IMG/VR virus record: IMGVR_UViG_3300023214_000082
Span: 1-30,075 of that record
DNA length: 30,075 nt
Strand: one strand, 5' to 3'
Source of the DNA: a virus
Lineage: Duplodnaviria; Caudoviricetes
The notes under the pieces are model-generated. The model did no database searches. It was not told where the DNA came from and worked only from the letters and a program-made list of their open reading frames with translations. The position numbers and the translations under genes were made by a program. Below, piece by piece: positions 16,949 through 24,628 of this stretch. Position 1 is the first letter of the stretch. Every line of letters starts with the position of its first letter.

Positions 16949-17496
16949 GCCAATCCCTTTACAAAATCCTCGACGGTCATTCGCGGATAGCAGCGCAAAG
17001 CTGTATCGCGAGTCAGGTTAACCACTTCAACGCCCATCGCCGCGATCTCTATGGCCGTGTGATTCATGCGCCCGGCCCAGTTGGGCAGGCTGTTGGCATT
17101 GCCGAGACCGTCGGGATGATCGCCGTGGTAATGCTTCTTCCCGCCCGGCCCTTCCTTGTGGTCGAAGCCGAGCAATGCGACGTGCTTTGCGCCACGCTCC
17201 ACGGCCATCGTCAGCGCCTGGTGCCCGCTGTTGCCTCCTGTCCGGGGAAACAGCTTCGGCCGGTAGTGCGTGACACCGGGCTTGCGGTACGTCATCGACG
17301 CCCGCTCGCCCTTGAACCAGGCTACATCCTTCCCGTAGTGCCGCCACCATTTGCCGTCAGCAGCGTAAAGGATGTCAGCCCATGGGCAGACGAAGATGGC
17401 ACAGTTGACGGCAATACATTGATCGACCTTGCCCCGGAGCGCATCGCAGTCTGAGCGAGTTAGGCTCGGGCCGCTCGCAACGATCAGAGTCCACAC
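16945..17496 (-). CDS. Maf/DUF115/CstII-like (sialyltransferase-like fold) putative glycosyltransferase
   Basis: IVASGPSL, IAVN, ADILYAAD, NSGHQALTMAVERGAKHVALLGFD and HY motifs. Confidence 0.7.
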   Translation of the reverse strand: MWTLIVASGPSLTRSDCDALRGKVDQCIAVNCAIFVCPWADILYAADGKWWRHYGKDVAWFKGERASMTYRKPGVTHYRPKLFPRTGGNSGHQALTMAVERGAKHVALLGFDHKEGPGGKKHYHGDHPDGLGNANSLPNWAGRMNHTAIEIAAMGVEVVNLTRDTALRCYPRMTVEDFVKGLA

Positions 17497-17969
17497 TAAA
17501 TCCGCTTCCGTACCCGCTTCGCCGCCGCGTCAACAGTGCGCGGCCACAACTCGACAGCGCCTCGGAGGAACCCCATTCCCTGCTGATTGTAGGTTCGGCC
17601 CAAACTGTCCTGCCCCGAAAACCCGTACTCCAAGCGACGTGCGTATGCAGCCGACCACCCAATGAACAGCAACTTATCTCCGGGCTCCCACTTGAGAAGC
17701 GAGACAGATATCGGTTCACCGGATACGGTTTGGCGCTCGGAGTATTTACGATTGCCTGTCGGCTGAGTTTTGCCGCTGGGCATGGAGCCGACATTGGCGA
17801 CGATGCTCGCTCTCAGAAAGCCGGTATCGACAGGCATTTTTCCGCCTTTGGCAATGGCGGTCTGCGCTATATCCACCGTATCCTGCACAGCCTCACGTGC
17901 CGTTGCGCGCATCCTCGCCTTGTATTTGGCCGTGATCTTCGCCATTTGCTTGCCGAAGTCTTCGGCCAT
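17496..17969 (-). CDS. HK97 gp10-like neck/tail-completion protein
   Basis: MPVDTGFLRAS, YARRLEYG and GFLRGAVELWP motifs. Confidence 0.88.
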   Translation of the reverse strand: MAEDFGKQMAKITAKYKARMRATAREAVQDTVDIAQTAIAKGGKMPVDTGFLRASIVANVGSMPSGKTQPTGNRKYSERQTVSGEPISVSLLKWEPGDKLLFIGWSAAYARRLEYGFSGQDSLGRTYNQQGMGFLRGAVELWPRTVDAAAKRVRKRI

Positions 17970-18970
17970 TACGCGGCTTCCTCTACCGCCACAAAATCAA
18001 TCTGGTGGCGAGCTACACATCGGCAATTGATCACTTGTTCGGCGGGAGCACTGAAGTCTCCAGGATGCATCATCGCAACACCGCCAACATCAAACGCCTC
18101 ATTCAACCCGCGCTCCTGTCCATCTGCGGCTACATGGTCTGGTCTGGTCCGAGCATCAAGAGTCGCATCCCAAATCCGGATAATTGATTCCTGTGGCGCT
18201 AGACCCTCATCCACTACTTGACGGAGCGCTTCGTCGCTGGCTTCGTTCAACGCGCCTAGCGCTTCTGTCCGGGCTACGTTTTCTCCGCGTAGCTGCAAAA
18301 GTCGATCTTCATAGCGCCCGACGATGCGGTTGATTTGCTCTTGGCTCAACGGCTCGCCTGACTCGATCGCACTCCGGACCATCCTGTCGAAACGCTTGTC
18401 CCTCCGCTGACGCGTGAAATATCGGCTACTCAGATTCTCAAGGTCCGAGCGTGCATTAAGTGCGAATTGCGCTTGCTGATCCGTCAGACCAATGACACCT
18501 CCGGTCCTGCGTCCGGTTTGCTTCGACACCCTGCCAACAATATCCAGCGCCGTGCTGCGTGGATTCCGGCCCGCTGCCATGCCCTGGTTCAGGGCCACGC
18601 GGATCGACTCGCGTACATCGTCATTGATGTTTGTGACCCATTCGCTTGAGTGCGTCCGAATCCAGGCCTCGGCGCGCGGATTGTTGACGTTGAACGCCAT
18701 GCCTAACCGCGCCGGAACATCAGCCGCAATCGTGAACGCCCCGGCCTCGACATAGCCGTTACGCACAGCCTCGGTCACGGCCGACCACGAACCAGGACGA
18801 ACGCCAGCCGCTCTCATGACCGCCTCAACATCGCCCCGCCTGATAGCGGCCTCGATTTGATTGATGCGCGCGCGGGACGTGACGCCAGCAACCGCCTCGC
18901 GAAAGGCTTTCGCAATCGGTCCCTCAAGGCTATCAAGTAGCTGTAAGATTGTGCGGCGGCTGGCTGGCAT
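17969..18970 (-). CDS. MuF/SPP1 gp7-like head morphogenesis protein
   Basis: ENVARTEA, RIWDATLDARTRPDH..ADGQ and MMHPGD..APAEQVINCRC motifs. Confidence 0.9.
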   Translation of the reverse strand: MPASRRTILQLLDSLEGPIAKAFREAVAGVTSRARINQIEAAIRRGDVEAVMRAAGVRPGSWSAVTEAVRNGYVEAGAFTIAADVPARLGMAFNVNNPRAEAWIRTHSSEWVTNINDDVRESIRVALNQGMAAGRNPRSTALDIVGRVSKQTGRRTGGVIGLTDQQAQFALNARSDLENLSSRYFTRQRRDKRFDRMVRSAIESGEPLSQEQINRIVGRYEDRLLQLRGENVARTEALGALNEASDEALRQVVDEGLAPQESIIRIWDATLDARTRPDHVAADGQERGLNEAFDVGGVAMMHPGDFSAPAEQVINCRCVARHQIDFVAVEEAA

Positions 18971-19194
18971 CAGCCGTCGTCCATCTTGACCTGTACGTCT
19001 TTGCCGTCGATCACGAACGCGAGCCGCAAAGTCAGGTGACGTTCCTTGCCATCATCCACGCGGTAAAAGTGAGCGCCTTCCTGTTGGCCCGCTAACAACT
19101 TGCCATCCTGCGTGTACAGGGCAAGGTGCCCATCGGCGTTCTTGACAACGAGTGACTGGACAATACCGTTTGTCGTTACGGTCTTGATGCTCAT
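18970..19194 (-). CDS. Hypothetical protein
   Basis: 74 aa, coupled by overlaps on both sides. Confidence 0.6.
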   Translation of the reverse strand: MSIKTVTTNGIVQSLVVKNADGHLALYTQDGKLLAGQQEGAHFYRVDDGKERHLTLRLAFVIDGKDVQVKMDDG

Positions 19195-19376
19195 GTCTTA
19201 CCTGCTCTGGAACGAATAGCCAAAAACTCTTTCATTGCTTGCCACAGCGGTACTCCGCGCCATCTGCGGCCGAGTATGCCAATGATCTCGCCTACCTGAG
19301 CAGTGCCACCAGCGCTGCGCTGGCCGCCCTCTTCAATAGCCACGTCTCGAATCAAAACTCGTAAATCACTCATCAC
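19191..19376 (-). CDS. Hypothetical protein
   Basis: 61 aa filling the operon gap, with SD AGGTGA and an ATGA overlap downstream. Confidence 0.45.
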   Translation of the reverse strand: MMSDLRVLIRDVAIEEGGQRSAGGTAQVGEIIGILGRRWRGVPLWQAMKEFLAIRSRAGKT

Positions 19377-19381
19377 GTCAC

Positions 19382-19783
19382 CTATAAATCAATCAGAAGC
19401 GCCGTCCTGAACAAATTATCAACCCATTCGTCGCTCAGGCCAAGCGCCTGTTGCAATCCAGCCAATAACGTTGACGACCGACTTATTGTCGGCTCCAGCC
19501 GTATTGCAAGATCAAGATCACCATCAGATTGAGCCGCGTTAATTACCGCAAGGTAAACGTCCGGATGATTCCGTCTCAGCGAGATAAACAACCGTCCAGT
19601 CCGCACACTAGCGGGGGTGTGTGTCCCTCGCTCCACAGCCCAACGCTCTATATCAATTTCGTCGTGATGCGCGTTAACTGTCGCAGCGTCACCGTCGTCC
19701 TGCACGATTGTGTATGCAGAGCCCTCCGGCAGATCAGGCCGTCGGGTCCCGGCAACAGTCAACATCGGTACTCGTATGAGCAT
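19382..19783 (-). CDS. Fibre-associated protein (possible fibre chaperone)
   Basis: Directly follows the fibre gene. The C-terminus ISRSSTLLAGLQQALGLSDEWVDNLF is typical of small proteins encoded after phage fibre genes. Confidence 0.55.
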   Translation of the reverse strand: MLIRVPMLTVAGTRRPDLPEGSAYTIVQDDGDAATVNAHHDEIDIERWAVERGTHTPASVRTGRLFISLRRNHPDVYLAVINAAQSDGDLDLAIRLEPTISRSSTLLAGLQQALGLSDEWVDNLFRTALLIDL

Positions 19784-19786
19784 AAC

Positions 19787-21262
19787 TTACTCCGGCTGAT
19801 AATAGACCCACTCCTCGCACCCAGTCTCACGGCCATCAAATATCAGACCGACGTGAGTAGCTGTGTCGAGGATCGTGTTTGCGTCTGCGTCGTTATTCGC
19901 ATGCAATTCACCGAACGGATGAGCGATACCAACGTTCCAGATTAAGCCGCCAGATTCCTTAGATAGGTGCGCCGTGACCCAGCCCGACTTTTGCGCCGCT
20001 GATCGCGCGTTGGCGTGGCCTAGATTAGCCTGCGCGTACGTTGTTGAGACGCCCGCAACGACCTTGATTAGCTCCATTTTCCCGTCGTTGAACCCGCCGT
20101 AGACGAAGTTGTCATCGTCTACCCAACCAAGCAAAATATAGATTTTCCCGGGTGCTGTGCGCAGCTTCCCGCCCGGCCACATATAGTGGACGCCGTACAT
20201 CTCATCGACCGGCACACGGCAAATGCGCGTGTCCGTGCCGGTATCAGATACGGCCTGGCCGGCCACTAGCGACACACCAGCGTGAGCGATCCACGTCTGC
20301 CCAGACTGCGCGACCGAACCGTTCAGCCCGCCGTCACCACGATCAAAATTATCCCACGCCTTGACTCGCGCCACATTGGGCACTGCTGTGGGACGCGCAG
20401 ACGAGCTACTCGTGACCCACTCAGTGTCGTGGTCTGTCGCACTCGCCTTGGCCAGCACCTGGCCGGCTGAGCCACCGACCGGCACGCCAATCCCATCAGC
20501 GCCAGGGTCGCCTTGTGGGCCGGTTGAACCCTGCGGGCCAGGGTCGCCTTGTGGGCCGGTTGAACCCTGCGGGCCACCAGCACCGACAGAGCCTCGTATA
20601 TCCACTGCGTCTGCTATATCACTGACTGGACCCAGCGGTCCGATATACGTACCGCTGCCTGGTGGCGTGCCCTCGCCGCCAGTCCAGGACGCGACCTGAT
20701 GCACTCGTCGCTCACCGTCACTCACTACCGCCAGCACTGGCGACCAGCCGTCGTCACCGTCTCCACCGCCACCGCTACCAGGATCAGCCCAGGCCCAGCC
20801 GCCTGCGCCGTCAGCTACAGCACGTCGGCCGGCAGCCTCACCAGTAGGATCAGGGATGCTGTCAGCGGCTGCCTGCGCGGCTGCCGCGGCCGCCTGCGCG
20901 TTCTGTTCCGCTTGTTGCGCGTCACTCACAGACGGGAATGGCGGCGCGGATACGATGTCCCTGAGATCCACCGGGCCAGCCTCAGGCACAGTAATCAGCG
21001 TGTCCCAAATCTCCGACCGGTTGAGGTCGGGTGACGGAATCGTGACTCGGTACTGGCTAGAGTCCATCCCGCGCTCATTAGGCCAGAGATCGACAGTGAA
21101 TAAACCATCCTCATCAACCGTTGGTCGAATCTCCGAGCGATGAATCACGCCATGATCAGGATCTCTGTCCGTGCGCGTCAGTGAGATACGCACGTCTGCC
21201 CCGACAGCAGGCTCGCCAATCAGATCGAACAAGTTGCAGTTTACGGTCGTCTTCGGGATCAT
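19787..21262 (-). CDS. Collagen-repeat fibre protein (tail or head fibre)
   Basis: N-terminal anchor-like domain, Ala/Gln coiled coil, Gly-X-Y repeats, linker VPVGGSAGQVLAKASATDHDTEW and a beta-rich C-terminal domain. Confidence 0.75.
   Translation of the reverse strand: MIPKTTVNCNLFDLIGEPAVGADVRISLTRTDRDPDHGVIHRSEIRPTVDEDGLFTVDLWPNERGMDSSQYRVTIPSPDLNRSEIWDTLITVPEAGPVDLRDIVSAPPFPSVSDAQQAEQNAQAAAAAAQAAADSIPDPTGEAAGRRAVADGAGGWAWADPGSGGGGDGDDGWSPVLAVVSDGERRVHQVASWTGGEGTPPGSGTYIGPLGPVSDIADAVDIRGSVGAGGPQGSTGPQGDPGPQGSTGPQGDPGADGIGVPVGGSAGQVLAKASATDHDTEWVTSSSSARPTAVPNVARVKAWDNFDRGDGGLNGSVAQSGQTWIAHAGVSLVAGQAVSDTGTDTRICRVPVDEMYGVHYMWPGGKLRTAPGKIYILLGWVDDDNFVYGGFNDGKMELIKVVAGVSTTYAQANLGHANARSAAQKSGWVTAHLSKESGGLIWNVGIAHPFGELHANNDADANTILDTATHVGLIFDGRETGCEEWVYYQPE
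20501..20576. repeat. Perfect 36-bp tandem duplication within the collagen segment
   Basis: gccagggtcgccttgtgggccggttgaaccctgcgg occurs twice (20501-20536 and 20537-20572) and encodes GPQGSTGPQGDP. Confidence 0.95.
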
Positions 21263-21615
21263 TTGCGCGCCACGAAATTGAATAGCATGTCAGTGCCACC
21301 GGGATTAAGAGGCTGAACGTCAACGAACTGATACGTTTCGCCACCGATGATGATCTTGTGGTCCAGCTTTGGTGTGAATCCCTCGGCTGCGATCAGGCCC
21401 ATCTTGTCACCGACCTGTATCAAAGACGCGTCCCGGTCTTTCAGCGAATAGCCGGTCTCGATCAACGTCACAGAGCGCTCTATATCCGGCAAGTTCTGCG
21501 GATTGTACGGATCGCCCGTATCGTCACCGGGCATCAAGACGATGGCGGGCTTGCCGAAATCCTTAATCAGCTTCGTTGCGACGTTATCGCGAAGGCTGGC
21601 ATAATCGAAAGCCAT
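21259..21615 (-). CDS. Head closure / head-tail joining protein
   Basis: FDYASLR..ATKLIKDFG, DASLIQVGDK and VQPLNPGG motifs, plus gene position. Confidence 0.75.
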   Translation of the reverse strand: MAFDYASLRDNVATKLIKDFGKPAIVLMPGDDTGDPYNPQNLPDIERSVTLIETGYSLKDRDASLIQVGDKMGLIAAEGFTPKLDHKIIIGGETYQFVDVQPLNPGGTDMLFNFVARK

Positions 21616-21938
21616 CAGTTGTACTCTGCGGCCATCGCCTCGGCTTCATCCTTGCGCAGATTCTTTTCGGCAACGTCGATGCCGCCGACGTAAACACGAT
21701 ACCAGCCGCCGCCCTGGTGCGAGACTTCAACGGTCTGGCGCTCCTCGGGCTCTTCGGGGTCGGGCTCTGGCTTGCCACCAGACACCTCGATAAGCCCGCG
21801 CTCGACAAGGGCAGCAACCGATTTGAGCGACTCGAATACGCTCTCGGTGACGTCCTTCGATTCATTGGGCGCGATAATCAGCGCCGGGTTACCAGGGATG
21901 GCCCGATGCCTTTTCGATACGTTCTTGATCGTCTTCAT
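21615..21938 (-). CDS. Small protein whose C-terminal domain is paralogous to that of 22428..22676
   Basis: Start moved to ATG 21938. C-terminus VEVSHQGGGWYRVYVGG..VAEKNLRKDEAEAMAAE. Confidence 0.7.
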   Translation of the reverse strand: MKTIKNVSKRHRAIPGNPALIIAPNESKDVTESVFESLKSVAALVERGLIEVSGGKPEPDPEEPEERQTVEVSHQGGGWYRVYVGGIDVAEKNLRKDEAEAMAAEYN

Positions 21939-21939
21939 G

Positions 21940-22431
21940 TCAAATCCTGTGTGACCTTCCGGCCACCGATGAAAATGAGCCACCCGTCAGAATGGGCTGA
22001 AGGATTGCGGCAATCGCGGTAATGACCGGCTTCACTGATCCTGGGCCGAATGGCGCGGCATACTCAACCTCGATCACATCAACCTTGGACCGCTTAAACT
22101 GGTTTGCAGGATCGTAATCGGGCAGCAATGAGCCTGGGTCAGTTAGTTCCCTGAGCGCGGCTTCATACGATGCGTGTTCAACTTCAATCGGCACTTCATC
22201 CGAAGGGATTGCATTACCTTCAACATCAACTGCCCATGACCGGGGCCATTCTCGCGTCTGCGAACGCAGCCCGGTCTTTAGGCCGGGGAAACTGGATCGG
22301 AACGCCTGGTCGATATACTCCGAGCCTCGGAGTAGAGCGACTTCCTTGTCGGCATTGTCGCCAGTCCATGTGCTGTTGCCACGGTCCGCGTGATAGGCGT
22401 CTGCCTCGGACAATGTGCCGTAGAAGCTCAT
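21940..22431 (-). CDS. Head-tail adaptor (often annotated as DnaT-like ssDNA-binding)
   Basis: YGTLSEADAYHADRGN..W, ALLRGSEYID, QTREWPR and VPIEVEHASYEAAL motifs. Confidence 0.8.
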   Translation of the reverse strand: MSFYGTLSEADAYHADRGNSTWTGDNADKEVALLRGSEYIDQAFRSSFPGLKTGLRSQTREWPRSWAVDVEGNAIPSDEVPIEVEHASYEAALRELTDPGSLLPDYDPANQFKRSKVDVIEVEYAAPFGPGSVKPVITAIAAILQPILTGGSFSSVAGRSHRI

Positions 22432-22676
22432 CGGTGTTCAGCCGCGATCTCTTCGGCTTCGGCCTTGCGGACGTTCTTGTCCGTCACAGTGACGCCGCCG
22501 ACCTCTACAGTGAACCAGCCCCGGCCCTGATCGACTACCTTGACCGAATCACCTTCCGGCTTTTTTTCCGGCTTGGCTTTTTCCTGCCATAGCTTGTCGC
22601 GATCAGGATCGAACCTTGATTCGTTGATACGCACGGGAACGCCGCCCCGATTGACTGTAACCGTTCTGACCTTCAT
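22428..22676 (-). CDS. Small capsid-adjacent protein
   Basis: Start moved to ATG 22676 (SD GGAG). Contains VRINESRFDP and the C-terminus VKVVDQGRGWFTVEVGG..VTDKNVRKAEAEEIAAE. Confidence 0.7.
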   Translation of the reverse strand: MKVRTVTVNRGGVPVRINESRFDPDRDKLWQEKAKPEKKPEGDSVKVVDQGRGWFTVEVGGVTVTDKNVRKAEAEEIAAEHR

Positions 22677-22690
22677 CGGATCACTCCAAG

Positions 22691-22715
22691 GGAAAGGCGG
22701 GGCCGAGGCCCCGCC
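22691..22715 (-). terminator. Probable terminator or attenuator after the major capsid gene
   Basis: Minus strand GGCGGGGC-CTCG-GCCCCGCC followed by only TTT (short U tract). Confidence 0.65.
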
Positions 22716-22722
22716 AATGGGT

Positions 22723-23904
22723 TTAGCTGACCAGCAGCGCAATGTGACGCGGCTGAACGGCCTTGACGCCCCAAGCGAGCGCGACCTCATAGCGGGTCTT
22801 GCGATAGCCGCGATACACAGCGACCTCGAAAGACAGGCCGGAACGCGGGTCGGTCAGCATGGTGCGGTCGGCAGCAACGTCGCCCTCCTGCGGGAGCGCC
22901 GGAGCGCGCGACGCCAACACGATGGCATTGCGGTAAAAAGCAACACCAGCAGCGTCATAAGCTTCGATTGCCGGAGATTCGTCCACGCCGACAATGGAGA
23001 TTGCCGTTGCGGATGCCGGAATAGCCTGCATGAGCCCCGGACCCTGGAGCGTGATCGTGCCGCCGCCGGAAACGTCCGCATCACCGGATGCCACAACGTA
23101 CTGACGGGAATCGCCCGCAAAGGTAATCACGTCACCCTCCAGTATCGTGCCAGTACCAGCAGACGCAAGCGTGATCACGGTCGCGCCGACAGCGTATCCA
23201 GCATTGTCCGTAGTCGCGCCGGACGCCGTGCCGCTGGTGTGCGATACGCTCTGGCCGGTTTCACGAACGGACATTCCATGCGGGGTGATTAAAACTCCCT
23301 GCTGCTGGAACGGCATCTGAGAGAAATCCCGGTCCGTGTTGATCCCGTACAGCGTGCGCAGCGACGCGCCCGACGTGGTGTTGACCACCAACTGCCGCTC
23401 GGAAAGCGGCGCGCCGTTATCAGAAAGGATCTTGCCCAACTGCGACATATCGTTGATGTTCGACTGGAACGGCAGATCGCCCGGGAAACCGTGAGCGCGC
23501 GATGCGCCACCAACAGCAGCAGCGGCCAGGTCTCCCTCGACTTCGTTCACCAGCGCCCGAAGGCCCTGAGCGAACATGTCCGCCTGCGTCTGAGAAAAGC
23601 CCGCGCCATTGTTGTTCAGGCCCAGCACTTCCTCGCCTGCAAAGCCAAACTCGGCAGCGCGGGACTTGGTGATCACGATCTGGTCACTACCGACAGCCTG
23701 GTCGGTCGGCTCCGGCACAGTCATGGCCGGGCTGACGTTCGAGACATTGGCAGCGCCGGTGATCTGGTAAGTGACCGACTGCCCGACGGCAGCGCGATCA
23801 GCGGTTGCGTTTCGCCCCACCGCCGGGATATACCCGGCCAGCTCTCGGGACACGGTATCCAGGCCTGCGTACAAGCTCGGGATTAGATTGGTCAAAGTGT
23901 TCAT
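22723..23904 (-). CDS. Major capsid protein (P22 coat-like family)
   Basis: NTLTNLIPSLYAGLDTVSRELAGYIPAV...DPRSGLSFEVAVYRGY..TRYEVALAWGVKAV..HIALL. SD GAGGT and a downstream hairpin. Confidence 0.9.
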   Translation of the reverse strand: MNTLTNLIPSLYAGLDTVSRELAGYIPAVGRNATADRAAVGQSVTYQITGAANVSNVSPAMTVPEPTDQAVGSDQIVITKSRAAEFGFAGEEVLGLNNNGAGFSQTQADMFAQGLRALVNEVEGDLAAAAVGGASRAHGFPGDLPFQSNINDMSQLGKILSDNGAPLSERQLVVNTTSGASLRTLYGINTDRDFSQMPFQQQGVLITPHGMSVRETGQSVSHTSGTASGATTDNAGYAVGATVITLASAGTGTILEGDVITFAGDSRQYVVASGDADVSGGGTITLQGPGLMQAIPASATAISIVGVDESPAIEAYDAAGVAFYRNAIVLASRAPALPQEGDVAADRTMLTDPRSGLSFEVAVYRGYRKTRYEVALAWGVKAVQPRHIALLVS

Positions 23905-23935
23905 GGTAAATACCTCTAATGGAGTGAATGAAAAA

Positions 23936-23970
23936 TAGTCATCCGACTAACGCTTAACCCCATCCGGGGT
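23936..23970 (-). promoter_or_regulatory. Two GGAU-tetraloop hairpins in the capsid leader
   Basis: Minus strand ACCCC-GGAT-GGGGT (23970-23957) and TAGTC-GGAT-GACTA (23949-23936). Confidence 0.7.
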
Positions 23971-23980
23971 ACTTCGGTCG

Positions 23981-23989
23981 TGGTATAAT
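23981..23989 (+). promoter_or_regulatory. Extended -10 promoter for the HNH gene
   Basis: Perfect TGnTATAAT (TGGTATAAT), 30 nt before the ATG at 24020. Confidence 0.7.
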
Positions 23990-24019
23990 AGGTGTTAAAT
24001 CCCATCATGAGCCGCAACC

Positions 24020-24628
24020 ATGAATCAAAAATTCAAGCCGTGCGCTGTGCAGTCCTGCGAACGTAACGCACATAGATGTGAAAACGGAAAACTAGGGTAT
24101 TGCTCTCTGCACTACCAAAGACTCCGAAGGCATGGGGACCCAGAGGCACGCCCCGGAGTCCCTCGACCAGCCCTTGACTGGATTGAACAGCATGCCACGC
24201 ACAAGGGCGATGACTGCCTTAAATGGCCCTTCCATATCGGCAAAGACGGCTATGGAAGAATCCACGACCCAAGTCGCGGCTCTGTCCTGACAACGGCGTC
24301 TAGATTCATGCTGGAGCAAGCAAAGGGGCCAGCGCCATCGGAAATCCACGAATGCGCCCACTCTTGCGGAATGGGAAACCAAGGATGCGTTAACCCCAAT
24401 CATCTTTACTGGGCCACCCCAACAGAAAACCAAGCGGATCGCGTCAAGCACAAAACATCTAACCGTGGTGAGCGCCAATGGCAAAGCCGTCTTACAGCAA
24501 GCAATGTGCTAGAGATAAGGCGGCTCGTGAGCACACACACCCAAACTTCTCTGGCTAAACGATTTGGCGTCGACCCATCTACAATCAGCAACATCAAGAC
24601 CGGCAAGCATTGGTCATGGTTGAAATAA
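24020..24628 (+). CDS. Free-standing HNH (His-Me finger) homing endonuclease
   Basis: N-terminal CxxxxC..CxxH Zn finger, ECAHSCG..GCVNPNHLYWATPTENQAD, and a C-terminal HTH (SLAKRFGVDPSTISNIK). Antisense to the late operon. Confidence 0.9.
   Translation: MNQKFKPCAVQSCERNAHRCENGKLGYCSLHYQRLRRHGDPEARPGVPRPALDWIEQHATHKGDDCLKWPFHIGKDGYGRIHDPSRGSVLTTASRFMLEQAKGPAPSEIHECAHSCGMGNQGCVNPNHLYWATPTENQADRVKHKTSNRGERQWQSRLTASNVLEIRRLVSTHTQTSLAKRFGVDPSTISNIKTGKHWSWLK

Noticed and set aside
14809-17496. GT cluster as an O-antigen seroconversion or DNA glucosylation locus
   Set aside because: There is no membrane flippase or GtrII-like gene, no intergenic promoter, no base hydroxymethylase nearby, and the block is coupled to late structural genes. 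Disfavoured rather than excluded.
17969-18970. MuF-like gene as a polymorphic toxin fusion, or as oddly placed
   Set aside because: It ends right after the NCRC motif with no toxin extension, and position alone is weak evidence of novelty.
22677-22790. N-terminal extension of ORF 22428..22790
   Set aside because: It would overlap the capsid end and the terminator hairpin. ATG 22676 has a clear SD.
22540-23292. 250-aa plus-strand ORF
   Set aside because: It is antisense to the major capsid gene, Arg-rich, and has no recognisable motifs.
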